Below are positions 12,982 to 25,110 of a stretch of DNA of 64,000 bases, in pieces. This DNA comes from Felis catus. Taxonomy: Eukaryota. Made by a program: the position numbers and the translations under genes. Where the stretch lies: the NCBI RefSeq assembly GCF_018350175.1, contig NC_058369.1:24244001-24308000 (forward strand), written 5' to 3'. Each line of letters opens with the position of its first letter. The stretch's first letter is position 1. Under the pieces are notes generated by a model. That model was not told the origin of the DNA. It did no database searches and worked only from the letters and a program-made list of their open reading frames with translations.

Positions 12982-14152
12982 TGTTGTTTAATTTCTATAA
13001 CTTAGCAAATTTTCCAGTTTTTCTGTTACTGACTTCTAACTTCATCCTCTTGTGGTTGGAGAAAATAGTCTGTATGACATGTATCTTTTGAAAATATATT
13101 GAGGCTCAATCTGGGGATGAATATGGGGAATGCCCCATGTGCACTTGAGAAAATTACACATGCTGTCATTGTTGGGTAGAGTATTCTGAATATGTCTGTT
13201 AGATCTTGTTGATTTATTGTGTTAAGTCCTCTATTTCCCTACATATCTTCTCTCTGGTTGTTTTATTATTAAGAGTGGGGTAATGGTGTCCCCAACGATT
13301 ATTGCAAAACTGTCTTTTTCCTCCTTCAGGTCTGTCACCTTTTGCTTCACATATTTTGATGGCCTGTCATTAGGTTCATACATGCCTATATATGTCATAT
13401 CTTCTGATAGTATTGAAACTTTAATTAATTTATAATGCCTTTGTCTCTTGTAAACTTTTCTCTTTCCATTACTACTTGCAAAGGACATATTTCTCCTTGC
13501 TTTCACTTTCAATCTATTTGTGTCTTTGGATCTAAAGTGAGTCTTTCATAGATAGCATATAGTTGTATCATGTTGAGGGTGGGCTGTTTTTATGATTGTT
13601 TGATCTTAATCCATTCTGCCAATCTGTCTCTCAATTAGAGACTTTAATCCATTTAAAGTAATTATTGAAAAGGGGGAATTTATATCTGTCATTTTGTTGT
13701 TTCTTGCATACCTGATAATGTTTTTTGTTCATTTCCTGCAGTGCTGTCTTCTTTTGTACTTAGTTGACTTTTTTGTACTGAAATTATTGAATTGTATTAT
13801 TGTTTTGTGTGTGTGCGTGTGTGTGTGTTCTACACCTATTTTCTTTGTGACTACCATGGGTATTACATGTAACATCCAAAATTTATAACACTTAACACTT
13901 TGAATTTATACTAGTTTAGTTTCAATAACATACAAAAACTCGACTCTTTTACAGCTCCATCTCCACCCCTTTTGGTTGCTGATGTCACAAAATTATATCT
14001 TTATACATGGTGTACTCACAAATATAAACTAATGATTCTTTTTAATGCATTAGTCTCTTACATTACATAGAAAATTAAACATAAAGTTACAAACCAAAGT
14101 TACAATGATACTAGCTTTTAGACTAATAGTTTCTTAAAATATATTAGTCTCA

Positions 14153-14358
14153 GGGGCGCCTGGGTGGCTCAGTAGGTTGAGCGTCGGACTTTGGCTCAGG
14201 TCATGATCTCACAGTTCATGAGTGCAAGCCCCACATCAGGCTCGCAGCTATCAGCCCAGAGTTGGCTTCAGATCCTCGGTCCTCCTCTCTCTGCTCCTCC
14301 CCTATTTGCCCTCTCTCAGAAACAAATAAAACATTTAAAATAATAATAATAAAATAAA
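14153..14358 (+). mobile_element. CAN-SINE (SINEC_Fc-like)
   Basis: ggggcgcctgggtggctcag head, CT tract, A-rich tail. Confidence 0.93.
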
Positions 14359-15297
14359 TCGTTCTCTTAGATCATGTAGAAAACAGAAAGTGGAGTTACA
14401 AACCGTTGTTACAGTAATAGTAGCTTTTATATTTGCCCATGTATTTGCCTTTATTGAAATATTTATTTCTTACATGGCTTTGAGTTACCATCTAGTGTCC
14501 TTTCATTTCACCCTGCATAACTCCCTTGAGCACTTCTTGTAAGTCAGTTCCAGTGGTAACAAACTTCTAAGCTTTTGTTTATTTGGGAGTATCTTAATTT
14601 TTCCCTCACTCTTGAAGAACAGTTTTGCTGAATATATGATTCTTGGTTAACAGTTTTTTTTTCTTTTATCATTTAATTATATCAACCCACTGTCTTCTGG
14701 CCTCCAAAGTTTCTGATCAGAAAACTGCTTATAAACTTATTTAGGATCCCTTGCAAATCACAAGTCACTTCTCTCTTGATGCTTTCAAGTAAGTATATCT
14801 TTGTCTCTGGATTTCAAAAGTTTGGTTATAATGTGTCTTGGTGTGGGTCCCTTTGCATTCATTTTTCTGAGAGTTTATTGAGCTTCCTGGATGTTCATAT
14901 TCATGTCTTAAATCAAATTTGCAAAGTATCAGCCATTATTTCTTCAAAAATTTCCTTTGCCCCTTTATCTCTCTCCTTTCTGGGACTCCCCTAATGTGTG
15001 TGTTGGTCCACTTGATGATGTCCCAGAGGCCCCTCAGATTCTGCTTAATTTTCTTCAATATTTTTTTTGTTTCAAGTTCATTGGTTCTTCTGCCTACTCA
15101 AAGCTGCCTTTGAATCCTTCTAGTGAATTTTTCATTTCAGTGATTATACTTTTTCATCTCCAGAATTTCCTTTTGGTTTCCTCTGAGGTTTTCTATCTTT
15201 TCATTGATATTTCCATTTTGTTCATACATTGTTTTCTCTATTTCCCCCACATCTCCCATTAGTTCTTTTAGAGTGTTGTTTTAAGATCTTTGTCTAG

Positions 15298-15515
15298 AGG
15301 CGCCTGGGTGGCTCAGTTGGTTAAGTGTCCGACTTTGGCTCAGGTCATGATCTCACGGCTTGTGAGTTCAAGCCCCATGTCGGGCTCTGTGCTGATAGCT
15401 CAGAGCCTGGAGCCTGCTTCATGTTCTGTGTCTCCCTCTCTCTCTCTGCCCCTCCCCTGCTCATGCTGTCTCTCTCTGTCTCTCAAAAATAAATAAACAT
15501 TAAAAAAAAATTTTA
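15298..15515 (+). mobile_element. CAN-SINE (SINEC_Fc-like)
   Basis: Typical head and tail. TSD atctttgtctag at 15286-15297 and 15516-15527. Confidence 0.95.
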
Positions 15516-16530
15516 ATCTTTGTCTAGTAGATCTGCCATCAAGTCTTCTCAGGATCAGTTTCTGTTCATTTTTTCCCCTTTGAATAGATCGTACTTTCCC
15601 GCTTTCTGCATGCCTTGTGATTTTTGCTGTTGTTGAAAACTAGATGTTTGAAACTCACAGTGTGGTACTCTGGAAATCAGCTTCTCTCCATATCCCAGGG
15701 TTTGCTGTTTTTGTTATTGTTGTCGTTTACTGTTTCTTATTTTGTGTTTGTTGCTGTCATCGTTGCTGTTGTTGTTGGCTATTTCTGTGCCAAAGATCAG
15801 TCTGAGATATAAATATAAGGTCTTCTTAGGTCTTTTCTGAGCCTGTGTCTTTTCCTGGGTATGTGTCCTCACTTTCTAACTTTCCTTGTATATGAACTTG
15901 TTCATGAATGTCCTAGTCCTCAATGTATGGCTCTCAAAAGAGAAAATGGAGAGGGAAAAAGACTGCCAGCCTTTTAAGTCTCCTGAAAGTCACTTCAGCA
16001 GAAGGGGAGGGGCTTACACCAATGTGGGGAGGTGTAACAACAATGGCTGCTGACTCTGACTGCACCTCTGATCAGAAGCAACAATCAATGATCAGAACAC
16101 AGTTCCTTGATATTTGGAAGGCAGGTTTCTTTTTATTCACCCTGGCTCCTGCAAGCTGTGTGTAGGTTGCTCTAGGCACACACGTTTAGCTGCCTGCCAC
16201 TTGGCTGAAGGGTGGGAAATGGTTAGCTTCTACTGTGTTAAGAGCTAACACTGACCCAAATTAACTGCATTTTACCATCTAAGCCTTCCCTGGAAGTTGT
16301 AAGCCTTTAATGGACTATAGACTTCCAAAATAGTTACATTAGACAGGTTCTGCCGGTTCAATTGCTGTCTAGATGGAGAGACAAATTCCTGGTGCCTTCT
16401 ACTCCTCCATCTTCCCAAAATCCTTCTCCAGAAATACCCTTTACATAACATCAAAGAAAAGGCAACACTGGTTGCTAAAACAGGATCCACTACACAATGG
16501 ATTTAAATACAAAGATTTAAATCAACCCAT

Positions 16531-17115
16531 TGTATGGGTTTCTATTGCTACATAAAATATTACCACAAACTTTGCAGGTTAAAACAATATGAATGTATTG
16601 TCCCACAATCTATACACCAGAAGTCCAAATGTGGTGGTGTTTCTCTGCCTAAGGTCTCAGAAAGTAGATACCAAAAGGTCGATCAGGATGAGTTCTCATC
16701 TGGAACTTGGGGTCCTCTTTCAAGACCATTCAGATTGTTGGCATTATTCAGTTCACTGCTAGCTATTAGTTAGAAGTTGTTCTTAGCAACAAGAACCTGC
16801 CTCAGGTCTTCGCTATATGCCCCTCTCCATCTTCAAAACTAGCAACAGAGCACTTTTGCACGTCAAATCCCCTCCTCCATGCTTTGAATTTTTCTGACTT
16901 TTCTGTCTCTGACCTCTAGACTCAAATTTATAATGCTCAAGTGATTAGTTCAAGCCCACCCAGATAATCTCCCTTTTGTTTAACTCAAGGTCAATTGAAT
17001 AGCAATCTTAATTACATCTGCAAATTCCCTTTTGCATAAAATGTAATCTAAACATTGACATAACACCTGGGGAGTCCATGTCATGAGGGCCATCCTAGAA
17101 TTCTGCCTACTATCC
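16531..17115 (+). mobile_element. MaLR (MLT1-type) solo LTR
   Basis: Begins tgtatgggtttctattgct...taccacaaactt, ends ggccatcctagaattctgcctacta. Paralogous to the LTR at 47293-48600. Strand assignment is conventional. Confidence 0.75.
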
Positions 17116-18318
17116 CTATATATTTCATTTGGAATAAAAACAGAGAAGCATTTTAAAAGATTCCTTAAACAAAGAATTCTAAAAGAGAAATTTATCCAAA
17201 TCTGAAGAATTAATTATAATGGGATGTGTGACATTTTAACATGGCATTTCTGATGCAGTCATTTTTATATGGCCTAAAATTAAAATAAAAATAAACTTTC
17301 AGCTTATAAAAAGGTTAGGTAGTGTATGCCCCACACCTCTTCACTATAAACCAGGCACTGTCCTAAATACTTGCTTTTATTTTTTTAACATTTTATAATG
17401 AGATAATTGAGATTTCCATGCAGTTGTAAGAAATTATATTAAGAGATACCTTTTACACTTTTTACCCAGTTTCCTCTAATAGTAAAATCTAGCATAACTA
17501 TAGTACAATATCACAAGCTGGAAATTGATGTTCATACAATCCACTGATCTTATTCAGGTATCACCATTTTTACATGCACTCATTGGTGTGTATGTGTGTC
17601 TGTATTTAGTCCTATGCAACTGTATCACATACGTAGATTCATGTGACCACCTCTAAGGTCAGGATACAGAACAATTCTATCCCCCAAAAGATCCCTTGTA
17701 TTGTCCTTTTATAATTGCTCCCACCTATCTTCTGTCTCTGCCCCCCATCTCTAACCCCTGGCAACCATGAATTTGTCCTCCATTTCTATAACTTTGTCAT
17801 TTCACAAATGTTACACAAACACAGGAACACAGTACATAACATAACCTTTGGCAGTGTTTTTTTTTTTTTCATTCAGTATGATTCTCTGGAAAGTCATCCA
17901 AGTTGTTATGTCTATCAATAATTTGTTCTCTTTTATTATTAAGTAGTGGACCATGGTATGGATATACCAGCCTGTTTAACCATTTACCTGTTAAAGGACA
18001 CTTGGGTTGTTTCTGGTTTGGGGCTATTATAAATAGGAGACTATGAATATTCACATATAAGTTTTTTCTATGAACATAAGTTTTCATTTCTCTGATATAA
18101 ATGCCACCAGAGTGAAATTTCTGGGTCATGGGACTTGCGATTTTAACTGTATAAGAAACTGCCAAACTGTTTTCCAAAGTGGCTGTACCATTTTACATTC
18201 CCACAAGCAATGTAGGAAACATCTAATTTTTCTACATTCCCACCAACACTTTTGCTGTTGTCATGACTTATTATTTTAGTAATTTCACAGATGTATAGTG
18301 ACATCTCATTGTAGTTTT

Positions 18319-18526
18319 TTTTTAACATTTATTTATTTTTGAGACAGAGAGAAACAGATCATGAACAAGGGAGAGTCAGAGAGAGAGGGAGACACAGAAT
18401 CTGAAACAGGCTCCAGGCTCTGAGCTGTCAGCACAGAGACCGAGGCGGGGCTTAAACTCACGGACCACGAGATCATGACCTGAGCGGAAGTTGGACGCCT
18501 AACAGACTGAGCCGCCCAGGCGCCTC
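18319..18526 (-). mobile_element. CAN-SINE (SINEC_Fc-like)
   Basis: TSD tctcattgtagtttt at 18304-18318 and 18527-18541. Confidence 0.95.
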
Positions 18527-21027
18527 TCTCATTGTAGTTTTATTTTGCAGTTCCCCTTGTGGTTAATGACATTGAACACCTTTTCATGTGCATATTTGCC
18601 ATCTGTACATCCTCTTCAGTAAATATCTGGTCATGTCTTTTGGCTGTTTTCTAATTGGCTTGATTTTGGTTTTGATTTACTGGTGACTTTTCAAAGTTCT
18701 TTGGAGAGTATTCCAGATACCAATCCCTTGTAAGATATATGGCTTACAATTATTTTCTCCCAGTCTGTCGCTTATCTTTTCATCCTCTTAACAGGTGTTT
18801 CACAGAGCAGAAGGTCCAATTTATAGATCATACTTTTAATGTCAATTCTATGAACTCATTACTTAGCCCTACATTCTGATGATTTTATCCTATAGTTTTT
18901 CTAACAAATTTATAGTTTCTTGTTTTACATTTTACTTTGAGTTAATTTTTGTATAAGGTGTGAGTTTTAAGTCAATGTTCACTTTTGTTGCCTACAGATG
19001 TCCAGTTAATCCAACACCATTTGTTCAAAAGCTATTTTTCCTCCATTGAAATGTCTTTGCACCATTGTAAAATATTAATTAGGCATATTTGTGTGGATAT
19101 ATAGCTGGATGCTCTATTCTGTTCCATTGATCTGTCACTCCAATAATAGGAGATTGTCTTGATTACAGTAGCTGTAGAGGGTTAATATCACCTTTTTTTA
19201 AAAGAATGTTTTAGCTAATCTAGGGCTTGTGCTTTTCCATTAAAAAAATTATAATAAGCCTGTATATGTCAATAAAAACCCTTGGGATTTTGAAAGGAAT
19301 TTCATTAAACCTATAGCTCAATTTGGGGAAAATTGACACTTTTAATATGCTGAGTTTTTCAAACTATGAATACAATACATATCTCAATTTGCTTAGGTCC
19401 TCTTTGATTTTTTCATCAACATTTTGTATATTTCAGCATACAGATCCTGTACTTGTTTTGGTAAATTTATTTATAAGTATTTCATTTTCTTTGGAGTTAT
19501 TACAACTTAAATCCTATTTTTAATTTTACTTTCCACATATTCATTTTAGTATATAGAAATGTAATTAATTTTTGTCTGTTGATCTTATATCCTGAGATTT
19601 TACTGAACTCACTTATTAGTTCTAGGAGCTTTTTCTTTTTTTCTTTTTAAAGATACTTTGGGATTTTCTATGTAGACAATCATGTCATTTGGAAAAAAGG
19701 GATGGTTTTATTTTTTAATTTTTTCTCTTATCACAGTGGTGAGCACTTCAGAGTACTGTGTTATATAGCAGTAGTAAGAGTAAACATCCTTGCTTTTTAC
19801 CTGAATTTAGGGGAAATATATTTAACCTTAGTAGTGAAAGATAGATGTTAGGTGTAGGTTTTTTTATATATGTTCTTTACCTAGCTGAGATGGTTGCCCT
19901 CTATTCCTAACTTGCTTAGAGTTTTTAATCATAAATGAGTGCTGTATTTTTAGAAATGCTTTTTCTATGTTAAGTAATATGATCACGTTTTTTTTTTTCT
20001 TCTTTACTCTGTTCATATGGTAGGTAACAATGATTGATTTTTTTTCAATGATTGATTTTTAAATGTTGAACCAGCCTTGAATACCTGAAATAAATCTCAC
20101 TTAGTCATGATACATTATTCTTTTTACACATTTATGTATTTGATTTTCTAATATTTTGTTGAGGGTCTTTTATTTAAGTTCATGAGAGACAGTAGTCTGT
20201 GACTTTGGTTTAGGGAGTTGTTTTTTGTTTTTTGTTTTTGTATTTTTCTGTTTTGGGTACCAAGGTAAGATTAGTCTCATAAAATTTGTTGAAAACTATT
20301 CTCTCTTCCCTTTTCAGAAATAAATTGAGTATAATTGGTATTAATTCTTTATTTGGTAAAAATCTCCAAGTGAAGCTATCTGGGCCTGGAAATTTCTCTT
20401 ATAAGAACTTTTAAATTAAAAATTCAATTTATCTCATGGATATAAGATTATTCAGGTTATTTATTTCTTTTTTTTTAAGTTTTGATAGTTTGTGGTTTTT
20501 GAGGAATGGGATCTTTTCCGCTAAGATGTCAAATTTAGGAGTAGAAAGTTGTCTATAATATTCCTCTATCAACTTTTTAATGGCGACAGAATCTGTAATG
20601 ATATCTCTTGCTTCATTTCTGATATTGGTAATTTTCATCTTCTTTTATCTTTGTCAGTGTTGCTGGAGGTTTACCAATTTTACTGATTTTTTTCAAATAA
20701 GCAGCTTTTACTGATTTTCTCTGTTATTTCCATGTTTTACATTTTATTGATTTTTGCTCTACTATTATTCCTTCCTTATACTTGGCTTTGGTTTATTTTG
20801 TTCTTATTTTTCTGGTTTGTTGAGGTAGAAATTTTGATTATTCATTTGTAACATTTCCTCTTTTCTAATGTAACCATTTAATACTATAAATTTCCCTTTT
20901 AGCACTGCTTTAGCTATATCCCACAAATTTTGGTACGTTGTATTTTCATTTTCATTCAGCTATATGTATATTTGTACCTTATGACTTTATCTTTGAGGCG
21001 TGAATTATTATTTACTTAGCATCTTTG

Positions 21028-21141
21028 TTTTTTTAAGATTTTTATTTTTTTAAGTAATCTCTAAACCCAATGTAGGGCTCGAACTCACAACCCTTAGATC
21101 AGGAGTCTCCTGCTCTATGGGCTGAGTAAGCCAGGCACCCC
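21028..21141 (-). mobile_element. Short older CAN-SINE lacking the (CT)n tract
   Basis: Head ggggtgcctggcttactcag on minus. TSD ta(c/t)ttagcatctttg at 21013-21027 and 21142-21156. Confidence 0.88.
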
Positions 21142-24100
21142 TATTTAGCATCTTTGAACCACTGATTACTTGTAGATTCTCATATCCCCCTATTGCTGAT
21201 TTCTAGTTTGACTCTATTATGGTCATACAACACATTATATGAATCCAATTCTTTTAAATATGTTCAGGTTTGTTTTACAACTCTGAATATGATCTATCTT
21301 AATGAATGCTACATGCACACTTGAAAAGAATGTATAGTTTGCAGTTGTTGGGTAGAGTGTTTTATAAATGTCATCTAGCTCTTGTTAGTTGATAGAGCTA
21401 TTCAGTTCATTTAATTTGCTAATTTTCTGTACTTAATTCTATCTACTGCTGATAGTGAAGTGTGGGAGTCCCCAACTATAATTGTGAATTTGTCTATTTC
21501 CCTTTTTAGTTCTATCAGTTTTTATTTCATATATTTGTTTGGTGCATACACATTGAGGATCACTATGTCTTCTTGGTGGGTTACTTCTTTTATTATATAA
21601 TGTCTCCCATTGTTCCCAGTAATTTTCTTTGCTCTTACATCTACTTAATCTGATATTAACATAGTCATTTCTCTTTTTTTAAAAATTAATGTTAATATGA
21701 TATACCTTTATCTCTTCTTTTCAACCTACAATGTCATTGTGTTTGAAGTAAATTTCTTATAGACAGCATATAATTGTGTCATGGGTTTTTTTTTTTTAGT
21801 TTGTTTGGAGGGGTGTTTTTTTTCTTTGTTTGTTTGTTTGTTTGTTTGTTTTTGGCTCTACTTGGATAATCTCTTTTAACTGGTATATTCTGACCATTGA
21901 CATAAAGTAACTATCGCTATGTTAGGGCTTAAGTCTGCTATTTTATTATTTGTTTTCTGTTCATTTCCCCCATTTTCATTCCTCCATTTCTTTCTTGCCT
22001 TCCTGACAGTTACTGGAAATATTTTTAGGATTCCATCTTCACTTATTTATACAATTTTTGAGTATACAGTTTTATATATTTTCTTAACAACTGCTGTATG
22101 TGGTACAATTTACATATGAAACATGTCATAACCTACTGATATAAATGTTTTGTCACTTCAAGTGAAGTACTAAAATTGCACTTATTTAAGGTTCTTTTAT
22201 TTTCCTCACTTTTTAAATATAATTGTCTAATTATATCCTCTACATACAGTGAGCACAACAGATATCGCTATAATTTTTGCTTCAACTGTCAAATTTTTTT
22301 TAATTATAAGGATGAAGATAGTTTACTATGTTTATCCACATTTTTTCCATTTCACTCTTCTTTCTTCTTTTCTGAAGTTCAAATCCTGCTGTTATCATTT
22401 CCTTTCTGTTTAGAGAGAGCTTCTTTTAGCTACTGTTCAAGGGTAGATAAGCTAGGGACAAATACTCTTGGTTTTCCTTTTTTCAAAATGCCTTTATTTC
22501 CCTCTTTATTCCTGAAGGATAGTTTCACCAGTTAGAGAATTTATGGCTGGCAGGGTTATTTTTGTTTTGTTTTGTTTTGTTTTTTCTGTATTTGTAAAAC
22601 ATGCCGATTTTGTCTGGACTCCATGGTTTCAGATAAGAAATCCACTATCATTCGAGTTGGTATCCATCCCTCTATAAATGCTGAGTACTTTCTCTCTGGG
22701 TGCTCTAAGATCTTTTTTCCTTTTCTTACTTTTTAGAGGCTTAATTGTGATGTGTCAGCATGGATTTCTTTGGGCTTATCCCATTTGGGGTTCACTCATC
22801 TTTTTAAATATGTAGATTTATATCTTTTGCCAAATTTGGGAAGTTTACAGCTATTACTTCTTCAAATATTTATTCAGTCCCATATTCCTTCTCATCTCTT
22901 TCTGGGTCTCTGATGAAATCTTAGATCTTTTGTTATTAAATCACAGGTCTCTAGGGTCTGTTCATTTATTTTCCAGTCTAGTTTTCCTCTGTTGTTCAGA
23001 TTAAGTTGTACTGATCTGTCCTCAAGTTCACAGACTCTATCTTTGGTCATTTCCACTCTACTAAGGAATCCTTCCAGTAAGGCTTTCTATTTTTGTAATT
23101 GCTTGTTCAATCTATTTTATAATTGCTTTATATTTTTTGTCATAAAATTCCAATACTTGATTCACCTTAGTGTTGTTATTAGTTGTCTTCTCTCATTCAA
23201 ATTGTGACTTTTTTGGTTCTTGGTATGAGATGAGTAATAATCTATTTTATCCTGAACATTTGAGTATGTGTTAGAAGATTTGTTTTGTTTTGTTTTGCTT
23301 TCCTATTTATATTATATCTTAGCAAGCAGTCACCTTGTTTCAGTCTTCATCCTTCCTTATTTTAATCTACTTTCTGTTGGCAATTCAGGGTTGCAGGGCT
23401 CTCCACATCCCAGGCAAGGAGATATGAAGAGCAAGAAGAAACCCCAGGAAACTCATCCTGGTGTTCTTCAATTCGTGAGGCCCCTGGCCAGTCCTTCTTC
23501 TTTCCTACATTTCAGAGTCCTTTCATGATTGTCTGTTGCATTATTTCCAGACAATATAAATAAGATGTATTCAGAAAGAAGGAGAAGGGAAATGTGAGTT
23601 TATATTATCTTGTCCCAGAGCTGGAAGCCACCAAACACTGTTTAGAAATGGATTGTTGAATTTGCTCTTCAAAACCCCATCATGGATCAAAAATGAAAAA
23701 AAGCAAATAAACTTGTTAAGGTGACCCAGACAACTAATGATGAAGGGGTAGTTAACGCTCAAACTGTCCAACTCAGGCCCCAGCTCTGTGTCAGCCTCCC
23801 CATGGCTACCCCAGGAGCCTTTAGATTAGTTAACTCTCAGCCCCCTTCCTGCACTAGGACCCCTTGGGATCTATTCCCACCACAGGATGGAGGGAAGGGA
23901 GCCAGAATCTGGTTGGGCAGTTGAGTTGTTTCCAAACCTGACTCCTCTATTTGAGATTCACTCCCAAGTGGCCTGAAACTACATAGCAAGTAAATTTAAA
24001 AAAACTCGAGCCAAAATGCCAAACACAAAGTGAAGAAAGGGATTTGCATGATAACACTAACAGCTACATTTCTTATCATGGAGCTCACACACAGTAGGCC

Positions 24101-24884
24101 CTCAGTAAATAATTCTGAACTATAACCAAAATGTACCAATCCTTGAAATACTGGATGAAGCTTGGCTCAAATTACCTCCCACAGGAGTGTTCCTGAGAAC
24201 AACCATATCATGACACCCTGTGGAATATTTGAGATACTGCACTCTGCAAGTTCTACCAAAGTCCAAATTCAAAGGGGCAGAGGGAAAGCAGGAAAGAAAA
24301 CAGCTCCCCAAAGTGCATAATCAATATTTAAAGGTCTAGAATGTTTTTTTTGTTTTTTTTTTTTTACCATCATCAGTCTGACCCCAAAGGATAAGCACTC
24401 TAAAAGACAAGTGCCTGCTTCCCATGCTTGGTGCTTATCTGAATTCCAGAGCATTTATATGATTTCCTTTCCTTTAAAACCAATTTTAAAATGTGATCCA
24501 AACCCTAACCAAGACAGCATGTTCCCAAAGAGTATGGAATTTTGTGTCATTTTTCCTTTAGACATAAAATGAATAGGCAGCAAATTTAAAACATCCCAAA
24601 TTGTTCTAAAACGGAACATCCTGAAAATGTCCAATGATAAAATGAAAGGCAAGATCCAAGGATTGTCTAGAAATTCTCATGATGTAAAAATATTAATAAG
24701 TGATTATTACAGACAAGATCTTCATGGTTTGCTAATCATGGCTAAATCTATTGAGAGGATGGCAGGGTGGCTAAGAGGTCTAGAGCCACCTAAACAGAAA
24801 AAACTCCTAATACTCTGCAAATTCATTTCTGCTGAATGTCATAATAGAAAGAAGATTTTACTTTTGTTTTTAAAAAAAAACCTG

Positions 24885-25110
24885 GGGGCGCCTGGGTGGC
24901 GCAGTCGGTTAAGCGTCCGACTTCAGCCAGGTCACGATCTCGCGGTCTGTGAGTTCGAGCCCCGCGTCGGGCTCTGGGTTGATGGCACAGAGCCTGGAGC
25001 CTGTTTCCGATTCTGTGTCTCCCTCTCTCTCTGACCCTCCCCCATTCATGCTCTGTCTCTCTCTGTCCCAAAAATAAAAAAAATAAAAAATAAAAAATAA
25101 AAAAAATAAA
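24885..25110 (+). mobile_element. Young CAN-SINE (SINEC_Fc), CpG-rich
   Basis: ggggcgcctgggtggcgcagtcggttaagcgtccgacttcagccaggtcacg. Long A-tail. TSD aaaaaaacctg on both sides. Confidence 0.96.

Larger units (their letters stand above)
12085..16430 (-). mobile_element. Ancient L1 (L1M-type) with 5' end retained, internally deleted, interrupted by younger inserts
   Basis: ORF2-like (atagccatcctaatgggt), endonuclease-like ORF 13231..13512(-) (IIVGDTITPL), ORF1-like region, 5' motif gggaagatggaggagtagaaggcaccag on minus at ~16390-16417. Confidence 0.8.
17376..23630 (-). mobile_element. Ancient near-full-length L1 (L1MC-like), ~6.2 kb, with two nested SINEs
   Basis: 3'UTR at 17376-17900. ORF2 remnants in ORFs 17869..18177(-) and 20429..20638(-) (ITNIRNEARDIITD). 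T-rich plus strand throughout; 5'-like end near 23630. Confidence 0.82.

Noticed and set aside
14153..14240. tRNA-like A/B box sequences
   Set aside because: tRNA-derived SINE heads, not tRNA genes.
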